The notes: generated from the sequence alone by a model not told the origin. 64,000 nt of DNA from an uncultured Solirubrobacterales bacterium (GCA_963764325.1 CAVXSE010000001.1:644236-708235), one strand, 5' to 3'; shown: positions 1-9,148, counted from the first letter of the stretch. Program-made: numbers and translations.

Positions 1-929
1 AGGCGCTCGCGGACGACGTCCTTCGGCCCGCAGATCGAGACCATGTCGATCAGCTCGTCGGGTATCGCCGCCATCGCCTCATCGCGCTTGCCTTCCAGGT
101 AGAAGTCCTGGATCACTTTTGCGGCGTCGCCGAAGCCGTAGCGCGTGACGAGCTGGTTGTAGAAGTTCTGCTTGCGCGAGCCCATGCCCGCCGACGTAGA
201 GCGCGATGAACGGCCGCATCGCGTCGCGGGCGGCTCACGATGTCGTCGGTCACGTAGACGTTGACGGTCGGGAGCGATGTCGAAGCCGTCGAGGCTCCGC
301 CGGCGCGCGTCGGCGCCCTCCTGGAGCAGCGGTCGAAGCTCCGCGATGTGCTCGGGCGAGAAGAGCGTCGGCAGCCAGCCGTCGGCGATCTCGCCGGCGA
401 GCGCGGTGTTCTTCGGGCCGATCGCGGCGAGGTAGATCGGGATCTGCTCCTGCACCGGGCCGATCGTCATCTTCAGCGCCTTGCCCGGGCCGTCGGGAAG
501 CGGCAGCTCGAGCGTCTCACCCTTGAACTCGAGCCGCTCGCGTGCAAGCGCGATGCGAACTGCGGCGACGTACTCGCGCGTGCGCTGCAGCTGTTTCGCG
601 AAGCGCTGGCCGTGCCAGCCCTCGGCGACCTGCGGACCGGACGAGCCGATGCCGAGCATCATGCGGCCGCCGGAGAGCTGGTCGATCGTCGCCGCGGTCA
701 TCGCCGTCATCGCCGCCGAGCGCGCAGGCATCTGGAAGATCCCCGAGGCGAGGCGGATTTTGGTGGTCTGGCCGGCGAGCCACGCGAGCACCGTCGCGGC
801 GTCCGAGCCGTACGCCTCGGCGGTCCAGACGGAGTCGTAGCCGAGCCGCTCGGCCTCCTGGACGATCGCCAGCTGGTCCTCCGATGTGAGGCCGAGTCCC
901 CAGTAGCCGATGTGTACGCCGAGCTTCAT
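1..929 (-). CDS. LLM-class F420-dependent oxidoreductase (3' end runs off window; probable indels near 190-240)
   Basis: Manual translation from ATG at 929: MKLGVHIGYWGLG...AERLGYDSVWTAEAYGSDA...GPQVAEGWHG...IPIYLAAIGPKN, typical luciferase-like F420 family. Confidence 0.88.
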   Translation of the reverse strand, partial: MKLGVHIGYWGLGLTSEDQLAIVQEAERLGYDSVWTAEAYGSDAATVLAWLAGQTTKIRLASGIFQMPARSAAMTAMTAATIDQLSGGRMMLGIGSSGPQVAEGWHGQRFAKQLQRTREYVAAVRIALARERLEFKGETLELPLPDGPGKALKMTIGPVQEQIPIYLAAIGPKNTALAGEIADGWLPTLFSPEHIAELRPLLQEGADARRRSLDGFDIAPDRQRLRDRRHREPPATRCGRSSRSTSAGMGSRKQNFYNQLVTRYGFGDAAKVIQDFYLEGKRDEAMAAIPDELIDMVSICGPKDVVRER

Positions 930-995
930 CTCAATCTCCTATTCGAGCGCCGTGCGGCGCCAACCCTACAGGGCGCCCGCGCGCGGGCCGCCCGC

Positions 996-1718
996 TCAGA
1001 GGCGGTCCCCGGGACGGACAAACATGATCTCCGGTATGACGCAGGCCGGCGAGAGGCGCAGCAGAAAGCGCACCGACTCCGCGACGTCCTGCGGGCGGAT
1101 CATGTCCTCAGCGGCGACCTGGCCCTTCACGAAGTCGGTCATCGGGGTGTCGACGAACGCCGGGCAGAGAGCCGTGGACTTGATGCCGTCGCCGGCGAGC
1201 TCCTTGTTCATCGCCTCGGTCCAGCCGACGACGGCGTGCTTGGTCGCCGAATACACCGACAGCCACGCCTCGCCGCTCTTGCCCGAGATCGAGGACGTGT
1301 TCACGACCAGCGCGTTGTGATGTTCGGCGCCCGCGGCCTTGAGCATCTCGATCGTTTCGCGGTAGAAGAGGACGATCGAGCGCAGGTTCACGTCAATCTG
1401 CATGTCCATGCGCTTGGTCTCGATCTCGCCGACGGCGGCGCCTACGCCGACGCCGGCGTTGTTGACCAGCACGTCGAGGCGGCCGCAGCGCTCGCGGTGG
1501 GCATCGACGACGCGGCGGATTTCATCCTCGCCCGAGAGGTTCGCGGCGACGCCGACGACGTCGAGATCTTCGCCCGCGAGGTCCGCGACGGCGGCGTCGA
1601 GCTTCTCGGGCCGCCGGGCCGCCATCGTGATCGCATAACCCTCCTGGCCGAGGACGCGCGCGATCTCCAGTCCGATCCCGCTCGAGGCTCCGGTGACGAT
1701 CGCTGCTGGCTTGGCCAT
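996..1718 (-). CDS. SDR family oxidoreductase
   Basis: TGASSGIG, NNAG, YSATK motifs; GAGGAG SD before ATG at 1718. Confidence 0.93.
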   Translation of the reverse strand: MAKPAAIVTGASSGIGLEIARVLGQEGYAITMAARRPEKLDAAVADLAGEDLDVVGVAANLSGEDEIRRVVDAHRERCGRLDVLVNNAGVGVGAAVGEIETKRMDMQIDVNLRSIVLFYRETIEMLKAAGAEHHNALVVNTSSISGKSGEAWLSVYSATKHAVVGWTEAMNKELAGDGIKSTALCPAFVDTPMTDFVKGQVAAEDMIRPQDVAESVRFLLRLSPACVIPEIMFVRPGDRL

Positions 1719-1834
1719 TCTCTCCTCCTGCATGGTTTGTTGGGCTAGCGGCGCGGAGCATTCCACAACGCGAGCCCGCAAGGCGCGAGCCTTGCCTACA
1801 ATCGCTCGCGCAAACCACGACGACGGAGGCCGAG

Positions 1835-2332
1835 ATGAGCCCTGATTCCAGCCCCACGAACCTGCCCGCGCTGGGCGCGCACGAGAGGGAAGAGGTCGGC
1901 TCGCAGCTTCAGGCGACGCTCGTCGAGCTGATCGACCTCTCGCTCTTCGGCAAGCAGCTTCACTGGTCGGTCGTCGGCCGAGACTTCCGTTCGCTGCACC
2001 TGCAGCTCGATGAGCTGATCGACTACTGGCGGGAGGCGAGCGACACCGTCGCCGAGCGCGCCGTGGCGATCGGGCACATCCCGAACGGGCAGGCTGCGGC
2101 CGTGGCGGCCGACAGCCAGATCACGCCGATCGAAGCGACCCCGACCGAGGACGCCGAGGTCGTGCGGGTGCTGACCCATCGGCTGGGGGAAGTCTGTGAG
2201 CGCGTGCGTGAGCGGATGGAGCGGCTCAGCGAGCTCGACGCGGCGTCAGAAGACGTCGTGGTCGAAGTTCTGCGCGAACTCGAGAAGCAGCTCTGGATGG
2301 TCCGCGCGCAGCTCCCGCACGGCTCGGCGTGA
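1835..2332 (+). CDS. dps: Dps DNA starvation/stationary-phase protection protein
   Basis: KQLHWSVVGRDFRSLHLQLDE...DTVAERA ferroxidase signature; EKQLWM C-terminus. Confidence 0.92.
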   Translation: MSPDSSPTNLPALGAHEREEVGSQLQATLVELIDLSLFGKQLHWSVVGRDFRSLHLQLDELIDYWREASDTVAERAVAIGHIPNGQAAAVAADSQITPIEATPTEDAEVVRVLTHRLGEVCERVRERMERLSELDAASEDVVVEVLRELEKQLWMVRAQLPHGSA

Positions 2333-2379
2333 CTTCGGGCAGCACGCGTCGCCGCCACGAGTGGTCACGTCCGGGTTGC

Positions 2380-3240
2380 TCAGCCGGTCACTGACGCGAT
2401 CTTCGACTGGAGCGCGCCGGTGGCGTCGTACGTTTCGTTGCTGGGCGGCGGCGTGACGTGCGGCGTCGGACCGAAATCGAACAGTTCGAGCGTCGTCGTC
2501 GCGGTTGCCGGCTGCCCGGCGTTCAAAGTCAGCGAGACCTGCTCGCGCCTCAGCAGGCCGCTCTTGTCGACCCAGACCTGGACCGGCACCGCGCTTGCGT
2601 TCGTGAGCGTTTTCGAGAGCGCACCGGTCACGGTTTGCGTGAGCGCACCGTGTGCGGAGGCTTCGATTGCAGAGAGCAGGTCGAAGGTTCCGACGTAGTG
2701 GCGCGTGCTCACCCCGCGGATTGTCTGCGTTCCGGCTTGCGAAAAGTGGGCGCCATGAGCTTGCAGGTAGCGCAGGTACTCGTCGGGATCGATGCCCGTC
2801 TCGCCTGCCGACGTCGGGTCGGCGCCGAGGGCGCCGCGCAGCGACGCTACGTCGACCTTGATCCACGTCGCACCGTCCGGTAGCTCGTGTCCCGCAAGCG
2901 GCGAGTGCACGTAGACCGAGCCGCCGGTCTCGCGCTCGGTGATTTCGGGCGCTTCGCCTCCAAGTTCCGCCGTCGCTGACTGCGGGATCCCTTCCAAGCG
3001 CACGTTAATCGCCGATTCTTCGCGGCGGAAGTTGACCGTCCCAGAACCTGTCATCGACAGGGACTCGGCTCCGGAGACGGTCGTCTGAAGCGCGAGGTGC
3101 GCGCCAGGCACCTGCGCCGTACGGCTCGCAACGTCCGCAAGCGAGTAGAGCGAGCTGCTGCCGCCTGTCGTGACGAGGACCGCCGCAGCGACTGCGGCTA
3201 GCACGAGAACTGCTGTGAGTTGACCTCGACGAGCGCGCAT
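2380..3240 (-). CDS. Membrane-anchored/secreted protein, LppX/LprAFG-like fold
   Basis: N-terminal hydrophobic helix; WIKVD, TIRGVSTRHY, VWVDKSGLLRR, LFDFG...V.PPP patterns; no lipobox Cys. Confidence 0.6.
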   Translation of the reverse strand: MRARRGQLTAVLVLAAVAAAVLVTTGGSSSLYSLADVASRTAQVPGAHLALQTTVSGAESLSMTGSGTVNFRREESAINVRLEGIPQSATAELGGEAPEITERETGGSVYVHSPLAGHELPDGATWIKVDVASLRGALGADPTSAGETGIDPDEYLRYLQAHGAHFSQAGTQTIRGVSTRHYVGTFDLLSAIEASAHGALTQTVTGALSKTLTNASAVPVQVWVDKSGLLRREQVSLTLNAGQPATATTTLELFDFGPTPHVTPPPSNETYDATGALQSKIASVTG

Positions 3241-3403
3241 GGTCAGCATTGTCCCAATCGGTGCCTGAGTCGCCGCGACGCCTCGCGGGGGGCGCGTTCG
3301 GACGGATGTCGTAGGCCGGCTTGGTGAGGCGCCGGTTGCTAGCGCCCTGCCGCCGGTACGGCAGCGGGGGGCGCTGTTAGGTTCAGGGCGCGCCACTGCG
3401 CGC

Positions 3404-3476
3404 GGGCCCGTAGCTCAGTTGGTTAGAGCTGCCGATCATAATCGGTAGGTCCCTGGTTCGAGTCCAGGCGGGCCCA
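3404..3476 (+). tRNA. tRNA-Ile2 (CAU anticodon; Met not excluded); one C missing from anticodon loop as read; CCA not encoded
   Basis: Cloverleaf: GGGCCCG/CGGGCCC acceptor, TAGCTCAGTTGGTTAGAGC D arm, GCCGA-TCATAA-TCGGT anticodon arm, GGTTCGAGTCC T arm. Confidence 0.9.
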
Positions 3477-3547
3477 TGACGAAGCGGCTGGAAATCGGGG
3501 CCTTGAGCGCTCGCCACGCGGGCGTAGTGGCCCGCTGCAACCCATGT

Positions 3548-3566
3548 GTGGCAACAAAGTGGCAAT
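3548..3566 (+). repeat. Arm-type-like site GTGGCAACAAAGTGGCAAT (left end)
   Basis: 17/19 identical to 4413-4431; two TGGCAA units 11 bp apart. Confidence 0.7.
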
Positions 3567-3700
3567 GCTGGACGACCGAGCGGGCGTCTGGCCGGTTGAC
3601 CCCCTTATTGTGAAGCAGTGGCTGGCTCGCCGTTCCCGCTGACGAGAGATCACACCGTGCCGCAAGCCACGGAGGACGCGGACGAGGCGTTGCGGGTCGT

Positions 3701-4335
3701 ATGGGCCGCCCTCGATTGGCCCCCCGAGCGTGCGTGGGTCGACATCGAAGCGAGGTCAACGCCGTATTTGACGCTCTGATGAAGGCGGAGTACGTCGAAG
3801 TATGGGGCGACTCGCCCACCGGGCTTCTCTGGGGGGTCAGCGATGCCGGTTTTGACCGCGCGGAAGTCCTCGGGTTGCCGGACTATGTCGTCGAGCCAGT
3901 TGACTTCTGGAAGCAGCACCCGACCCCAACCGACGATGACCTGGCTCAAGTAGCAGCGGGCTGGATCGCCTTTCAGAAGCGTGAGGACGGCGTGGGGCTC
4001 GAAGCGTCGAACATCGTGCCTGGGTCGCCGTGCAGGACGCCGACCGCGTACTGGATCGCGAGACCTTCTGGCGGCTGGTGCTTGCGATCTGCGCGCAGGT
4101 CGATCCGGCCGACGTGGATGCGGGCGGCTTCTTAGAGGTGGACATCGGCGCCGGGCCGCTTGAGGACTTCATCCGAAAGTTCCGCCACGAGGCGATGGAC
4201 CTCATTGAGCCGGAACTGTCACGCAACCGGACGCTGCTCGAATCACTCGGTGGCGTATGGGTAGAGCGAGGAGACAATGAGCTTCTCGCCCGTCTTGATG
4301 CGGCGCTCGCGGCGAACGGCAGTCGGCGCTATTAG
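3701..4335 (+). CDS. Hypothetical cargo protein, C-terminal DUF6869-like domain (frameshift near 4020)
   Basis: ORFs 3701-4135 and 4030-4335 join; FWRLVLAIC...IGAGPLEDFI...LGGVW motif. Confidence 0.6.
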
Positions 4336-4412
4336 GCGCGGCGCGCAGTTGCACCCGGGTGCGAAAAGTTCCGCCGGAGCGAATGCGACAATGCTCCCGC
4401 GGGGCGGTTACG

Positions 4413-4431
4413 GTGGCAACAAGTTGGCAAT
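4413..4431 (+). repeat. Arm-type-like site GTGGCAACAAGTTGGCAAT (right end)
   Basis: Direct repeat of 3548-3566, 91 bp inside attR core. Confidence 0.7.
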
Positions 4432-4522
4432 AGGCGCCACACCACGCCACGCCACACGACGGCGAGGCGTTAGTTGGCTCAGCAAGGCCAACGACGGCAC
4501 TCCACGACACCTACCGCGACAC

Positions 4523-4566
4523 TCATAATCGGTAGGTCCCTGGTTCGAGTCCAGGCGGGCCCATGA
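4523..4566 (+). repeat. attR: duplicated 3' half of tRNA
   Basis: Identical to 3436-3479; preceded by AC, giving an intact CTCATAA loop. Confidence 0.92.
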
Positions 4567-4583
4567 AGGCGGCCGGAAGCGGG

Positions 4584-4862
4584 CTATGCCGCGTGGCTTT
4601 CGCCCGGCCAAGCGCCGGTGCGGACGCGTTCGTAGAGTGTGTCCGGCGCAAGGTCAGCGCCTCCCGGCCAACAGACCGTGCCCGACTCGGGATCGACAGT
4701 CACCTCGGAGAAGCCGGCGGAGGTTCTCGCGCGCTCGAACACGGGACCGTTCATACGACCGAGCACGTCTACTTCTCCAGTCGTCCCATCGGCGAACGTG
4801 AGCCGCAAGACGCCGTGTCGCGGAACGCTGGCCTGGGTGACATCTGGGGTGATACCGATCAT
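4584..4862 (-). CDS. DUF2442 protein (DhiA-like antitoxin)
   Basis: LRLTFADGTTGEVD...GPVFE...GTVCWPGGADLAPDTLY; ATGA overlap with upstream gene. Confidence 0.88.
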   Translation of the reverse strand: MIGITPDVTQASVPRHGVLRLTFADGTTGEVDVLGRMNGPVFERARTSAGFSEVTVDPESGTVCWPGGADLAPDTLYERVRTGAWPGESHAA

Positions 4863-5119
4863 CGCAGTGGCTCGATCGGGCTCAGTGTCGCACCTTCGCG
4901 GGCCCTCCGCCAGTTGTTTTCGAGCTCGTCCGTGTGTATCCGGGCCCATGCGAGTACGAGTCGGAGCTCGCGTCGCCGCAGGTCGCTTGCGAGGACCTCG
5001 AGCGTGTCGATCTGGATCTTGGCGGTGCGCCCCGCGGCCCGAGCGTGGAAATGCGCGGGCTCGTGGTCATCGAAGTACATCGCGATCGTGAGACCGAAGA
5101 AGCGACTGATCGTCGGCAT
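4859..5119 (-). CDS. DUF4160 protein (DhiT-like toxin)
   Basis: MPTISRFFGLTIAMYFDDHEPAHFH...WARIHTDELENNW. Confidence 0.9.
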   Translation of the reverse strand: MPTISRFFGLTIAMYFDDHEPAHFHARAAGRTAKIQIDTLEVLASDLRRRELRLVLAWARIHTDELENNWRRAREGATLSPIEPLR

Positions 5120-5160
5120 CGGTGCAGATCTTGGCGAGAGCCGCGGCCGCTACGCTCACT

Positions 5161-5276
5161 TCGGAGGCACCCGACCGCGGCGACACTCGACGGTCGGAGG
5201 CAGAGCGGAGTCAACCGAAGAGCGTTCGACCTGTCACGACGGGTTGCGTCGCCCTCGCGTAACCAATCGGGCCCAT
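5161..5276. repeat. ~116-bp non-coding direct repeat, copy 1
   Basis: Ungapped alignment to 6103-6218 (offset 942), about 85/116 identical by hand count. Confidence 0.75.
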
Positions 5277-5287
5277 GCGAGGGCGAC
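5248..5287 (-). terminator. Hairpin just downstream of GNAT gene
   Basis: GTCGCCCTCGC...GCGAGGGCGAC 11-bp stem; no U-tract. Confidence 0.4.
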
Positions 5288-5288
5288 A

Positions 5289-6056
5289 TCACGCCCGATG
5301 GTGCATCCAGACGTTCGGATCCCAGTAGCTACCCAAGTCCTCGCCTCGGTCAATCGACACTTTGGAGAGCCCACCGGGGAACCAGTACACGCCGCTCTGT
5401 GGGAAAGCCATCTGCGTCCACTCTTCCCACTCGGAGACGGAGCCTGTGATCCGGACCGACTCCGGCTCGCAACGGAGAACGCGCCCCCCGACTCTCTCGT
5501 GGGTCCGCATCCACGGATCAAAGGGGAGACCGTCGCTGCGCCGCCAGTTGGCGTACTGCTCGATTGGTATGAGCGGGTAGCGGTCCTTCCAGTTCGGTCG
5601 CACTGGCGCAATGAGATCCGCGATCCCATGACGATGGGCGAGCTTCCGCATCGCAGCGAGAGCAGCCGAGATGATTCCGCGACCGTGGAGTTCGCGCGGC
5701 ACCGCTATGACGACCGCACAGAGCGCGTTGACGCCCGGCTCCTCGAAGCTGCGCATGAACGCATCGTCGAGACCGGCTGGAAGATCGTCGACAGTCCCGT
5801 CCCAGCGGATCGGCAGCGACTTGGCGCGGGCGAGGATCCCGTCGTGGCGGTCGACAAGGTAGAACTGAAACTCGGGGCGGTCTGCGTCGAGTCGGCTCCA
5901 GTAATAGTCGAGCACGTTGCCGTGATTGTTGTACTCGGGGAAGGTGTCACTAATTGCGGCCAAAGCCAAGTTCTCGAGCTCGGGACGCTCGGCGTACGTA
6001 ACGAGCTTGGCCGAGTCAAGAATGACGCCGTCGCTGGTGTTGATCTCCCCGGTCAT
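5289..6056 (-). CDS. GNAT-family N-acetyltransferase
   Basis: IAVPRELHGRGII acetyl-CoA motif; APVRP, PFDPWMRTHERVGG conserved in this actinobacterial family. Confidence 0.85.
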   Translation of the reverse strand: MTGEINTSDGVILDSAKLVTYAERPELENLALAAISDTFPEYNNHGNVLDYYWSRLDADRPEFQFYLVDRHDGILARAKSLPIRWDGTVDDLPAGLDDAFMRSFEEPGVNALCAVVIAVPRELHGRGIISAALAAMRKLAHRHGIADLIAPVRPNWKDRYPLIPIEQYANWRRSDGLPFDPWMRTHERVGGRVLRCEPESVRITGSVSEWEEWTQMAFPQSGVYWFPGGLSKVSIDRGEDLGSYWDPNVWMHHRA

Positions 6057-6102
6057 TGCACGCAGAGTATGACCCCGGGAGTTGTGTATAACCTGGATCG
6101 TG

Positions 6103-6218
6103 TCGGAGTCAGCCGGCGTCGGCGCAACTCGACAATCGGAGGCAGCGCCTAGGCAACGGCGCCGCGTTCGTCCCGTCGCTGCGGGCTATGTCGCGCCCGC
6201 GCAACCAATCGCGCCCGT
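6103..6218. repeat. ~116-bp non-coding direct repeat, copy 2
   Basis: Matches 5161-5276; shares TCGGAG(G/T)CA x2, ACTCGAC, GCGTTCG, AACCAATCG blocks. Confidence 0.75.
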
Positions 6219-6317
6219 AAATCGTCGGTGTAATAACGATCCCGCTGCAACGGGCTAGGTTCCGATGTCCGGAGGCGTGGCCCCGTTGTGGGGCCGGGGA
6301 GTCTGGGGAGGGGCGGC

Positions 6318-7721
6318 TTGCTGATAGAGACGGACTATCTGGTTGTCGGAGCGGGGGCGAGTGGTCTCGCCTTCGCCGACACGCTTGTGGCGGAGGCGGA
6401 GAACGTTGAGGTGACGCTGGTCGATCGCCAACAGGCGCCGGGCGGCCATTGGCTACACGCGTACCCGTTCGTTCGCTTGCACACGCCCTCCTCGTACTAC
6501 GGGGTCGACTCGCTGCCACTCGGCCAGGACCGCATCGATCAGGTCGGGGAGAACGCCGGATACTACGAGCGGGCGACCGCCGCGGAAGTCTGCGAGCACT
6601 TTGTTGAGGCCGCCGCTCGGCTCACGCGGACGGGGCGGGTTCGGGTTCTCACCCGCCACGAGTATCTGGGCCGCGGGAGTGAGGATGAGCAGGTCCGGGA
6701 CCTTGACACGGGCGAGATTCACGACGTCACGGTACGCCGCAGGATCGCTGACGCTCGATATCTGGAGGCGTCTATTCCTGCCACGCACGCGACGCCGTTC
6801 GATGTGGCGGCGGGCGTTCGGTTCCTGCCCATCAACGACCTGCCGACGGCCGCGCAAACGGCCTCCTCCTACGCAATTCTCGGGTCCGGAAAGACGGCGG
6901 CGGACGCGTGCCTGTGGCTTCTAGACAACGGCGTCGAGCCCGACCGCATTCGCTGGGTGCGACCGCGGGACGCGTGGTTTTACGACCGCCGCCACTTCCA
7001 GCCGCTCGAACAGGTCGGGGCGATCATGGAGGGGGTCTCCCTCGATGCCGAGACCGGCGCGGACGCAGCCAACATCAGCGAGCTCTTCGACCAACTCGAG
7101 GCTTGCGGGCGACTCGTACGCATCGACCCTTCAGTGCCGGCAACCATGTTCAGGGGCACGATGCTGAGCCCGGTCGAGCTCGACCGACTTCGCCAGATCC
7201 GGGATGTTGTGCGGCTTGGCCGCGTCCGACGCATCGAGGCGGACCGCATCGTGCTCGAGCGTGGGGAGACCAACACCGGCCCCGAGACGCTTCATGTGGA
7301 CTGCACAGCGCTTGGCTTGGCCGTCGCCCCCGCAACGCCGATCTTCGCGGGCCGTCGAATCGTGCTTCAGCAGGTGCGTCACCTCACGCCCTGCTTCAAC
7401 TCTGCGCTCGTCGGGTTCGTCGAGGCCCATCGGAAGGACGACTCGGAAAAGAACCGGCTCTGCCGACCGAACCCCTACCCGAGCAGCGTCGAGGACTGGC
7501 CAGCGATGGTGAGCCGCACATGGTCGACCGAAGCGCGTTGGTTGAGCGAGCCCGACCTCTCAGCCTGGGTGGCCGACAGTCGGCTGAATCTGATGCGCGC
7601 GCTGCCTGACCACGCGAAGGAGCCGTCCGTGCAGACGGCGATCAAACGGTACCTCACCCACGTCACCGCGGCGACCGAGCGGCTGCGGCAGTTGGACCCA
7701 TCAAGATCACCGCGGCCGTGA
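6318..7721 (+). CDS. FAD/NAD(P)-binding oxidoreductase
   Basis: DYLVVGAGASG and ILGSGKTA dinucleotide motifs; GGHW...YPFVRLH. Confidence 0.85.
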   Translation: MLIETDYLVVGAGASGLAFADTLVAEAENVEVTLVDRQQAPGGHWLHAYPFVRLHTPSSYYGVDSLPLGQDRIDQVGENAGYYERATAAEVCEHFVEAAARLTRTGRVRVLTRHEYLGRGSEDEQVRDLDTGEIHDVTVRRRIADARYLEASIPATHATPFDVAAGVRFLPINDLPTAAQTASSYAILGSGKTAADACLWLLDNGVEPDRIRWVRPRDAWFYDRRHFQPLEQVGAIMEGVSLDAETGADAANISELFDQLEACGRLVRIDPSVPATMFRGTMLSPVELDRLRQIRDVVRLGRVRRIEADRIVLERGETNTGPETLHVDCTALGLAVAPATPIFAGRRIVLQQVRHLTPCFNSALVGFVEAHRKDDSEKNRLCRPNPYPSSVEDWPAMVSRTWSTEARWLSEPDLSAWVADSRLNLMRALPDHAKEPSVQTAIKRYLTHVTAATERLRQLDPSRSPRP

Positions 7722-7818
7722 GCAACCGACGACGTCAACGCCGGAATCTACGGCGAGGCGGAGGACACCCCCAGCGCGCGAGGCGGGCCGCAATTTCGAG
7801 ATGCCAGACTCGTGCCGG

Positions 7819-8475
7819 ATGGATGACCTCCAGCTGGTCATTTTCGATTGCGACGGCGTGCTTGTCGACAGTGAGCCGATCGCGAACCGCGTTCTCGCGC
7901 AGATGATCTCTGCGGAGGGGATGCCCATGACAACGCAGACGGCTCGCGCCAACTTCCAGGGCATGCGGCTCCAAGACGTGCCAGCGCTTGTCGAAACGGG
8001 CATTGGACACGCTCTTCCGCCCGATTGGCTTGAAGCGTACGAGCGCAAGCGCTCCGAAAGCTTTCGACGCGAGCTCACCGCAGTTCCTGGCGCCCGCCAC
8101 GCGGTCGCCGAAGTGAGGCGAGCGGGGTGCGGCGCATGCGTGGCGTCACAGGCCGAGATTTCAAAGACCGAGCTGTCCCTGGAGTTGACTGGACTTAGAT
8201 CGCTTTTTCGTGACGCTGAGCTGTTCTCGGCGACCGAAGTGCCGCAGGGCAAGCCGCATCCCGACATATTTCTCCACGCCGCCGGCGCGCTGGGCGCGGC
8301 GCCCGCCCAGTGTCTGGTCGTTGAGGACACGGTGTCTGGGGTCACGGCAGCGAGGGCCGCCGGCATTCGGGTGCTCGGATACACCGCCGACAGTGACGCT
8401 GCCGCGCTGCAGGCTGCCGGTGCAGAGACGTTCGCATCGATGTACGAAGTTCCGCGACTTGCCGGATTGGCCTGA
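7819..8475 (+). CDS. HAD-family phosphatase
   Basis: FDCDGVLVDSE, GKPHPD, VVEDT motifs. Confidence 0.92.
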   Translation: MDDLQLVIFDCDGVLVDSEPIANRVLAQMISAEGMPMTTQTARANFQGMRLQDVPALVETGIGHALPPDWLEAYERKRSESFRRELTAVPGARHAVAEVRRAGCGACVASQAEISKTELSLELTGLRSLFRDAELFSATEVPQGKPHPDIFLHAAGALGAAPAQCLVVEDTVSGVTAARAAGIRVLGYTADSDAAALQAAGAETFASMYEVPRLAGLA

Positions 8476-8489
8476 CGGGCGGGCTCTCG

Positions 8490-9148
8490 ATGCGCAAGAT
8501 CGTTCTCTACACGCTGCTTTCGCTCGACGGACGCGCGGAGCGCCCCGAGGAGTTCGTCACGGAGTTCGATGACGTGATGCGCGAAAATCTGGGATCTGTG
8601 ATCGCTGCGCAGGACGCGGTGCTTCTAGGCCGGCGAACGTACGACGAGTGGGCTGACTACTGGCCTTCAAGGGATATCCAGCCCTTCGCCGACTTCGTCA
8701 ACAACGCGCAAAGTTCGTCGCGACGTCCTCTCCCGTCGACAAGTCGTGGGCCAACACGACGGTTGTCTCCGGAGATCTCTTTCACTTCGTCACAGAACTG
8801 AAGCGGCAGCCAGGTGGCGACATCGGCGTCCACGGGAGCATCGCGCTCGGTCAATCGCTGCTCGAGCAAGGCCTGGTCGATGAACTGCGCCTTGTGATCG
8901 CGCCGGCGATAGCGATGCGCGGCCGAAAGTTGTTCGAAAGGGCGGCGCCTGAGCGTCTGACGTTGACCCGAGCCGTCACTTCCCCCGCTGGCTACGTACT
9001 GCTCGACTTTCGCGTCTGCAGCCTGATGGCGCATCTTCCGCTGCGTAACAATTCGGCCCGCGCCGGCGATATCGCCGACGACAGGACCATCGGAGACGCT
9101 GTGAGTTCGACAACTGCGACCCGTCCCGCCTTACCGAAGAGGCCGTGA
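8490..9148 (+). CDS. Dihydrofolate reductase-like (RibD C-terminal) protein, frameshift near 8710
   Basis: LSLDG, LLGRRTY; second frame GGDIGVHGS...GLVDELRLVIAP...GRKLF. Confidence 0.8.

Larger units (their letters stand above)
3436..4566. mobile_element. Integrase-less integrated mini-element at tRNA 3' half (attL 3436-3479, attR 4523-4566)
   Basis: 44-bp exact direct repeat TCATAATCGGTAGG...GGGCCCATGA; internal 19-bp repeats near both ends. Confidence 0.85.

Noticed and set aside
261-1748. Long ORFs antisense to real genes (also 4563-6152, 40705-42465, 55829-57322, 61012-62838)
   Set aside because: Shadow ORFs of high-GC coding sequence; no motifs
4941-5281. CGGGCCCATG matches to the tRNA 3' end at 4941 and 5268 as extra att sites
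   Set aside because: Only 10 bp and GC-rich; one lies inside a CDS
3531-6251. Shared 11-mer CCCGCTGCAAC at 3531 and 6241
   Set aside because: No extension; compatible with chance
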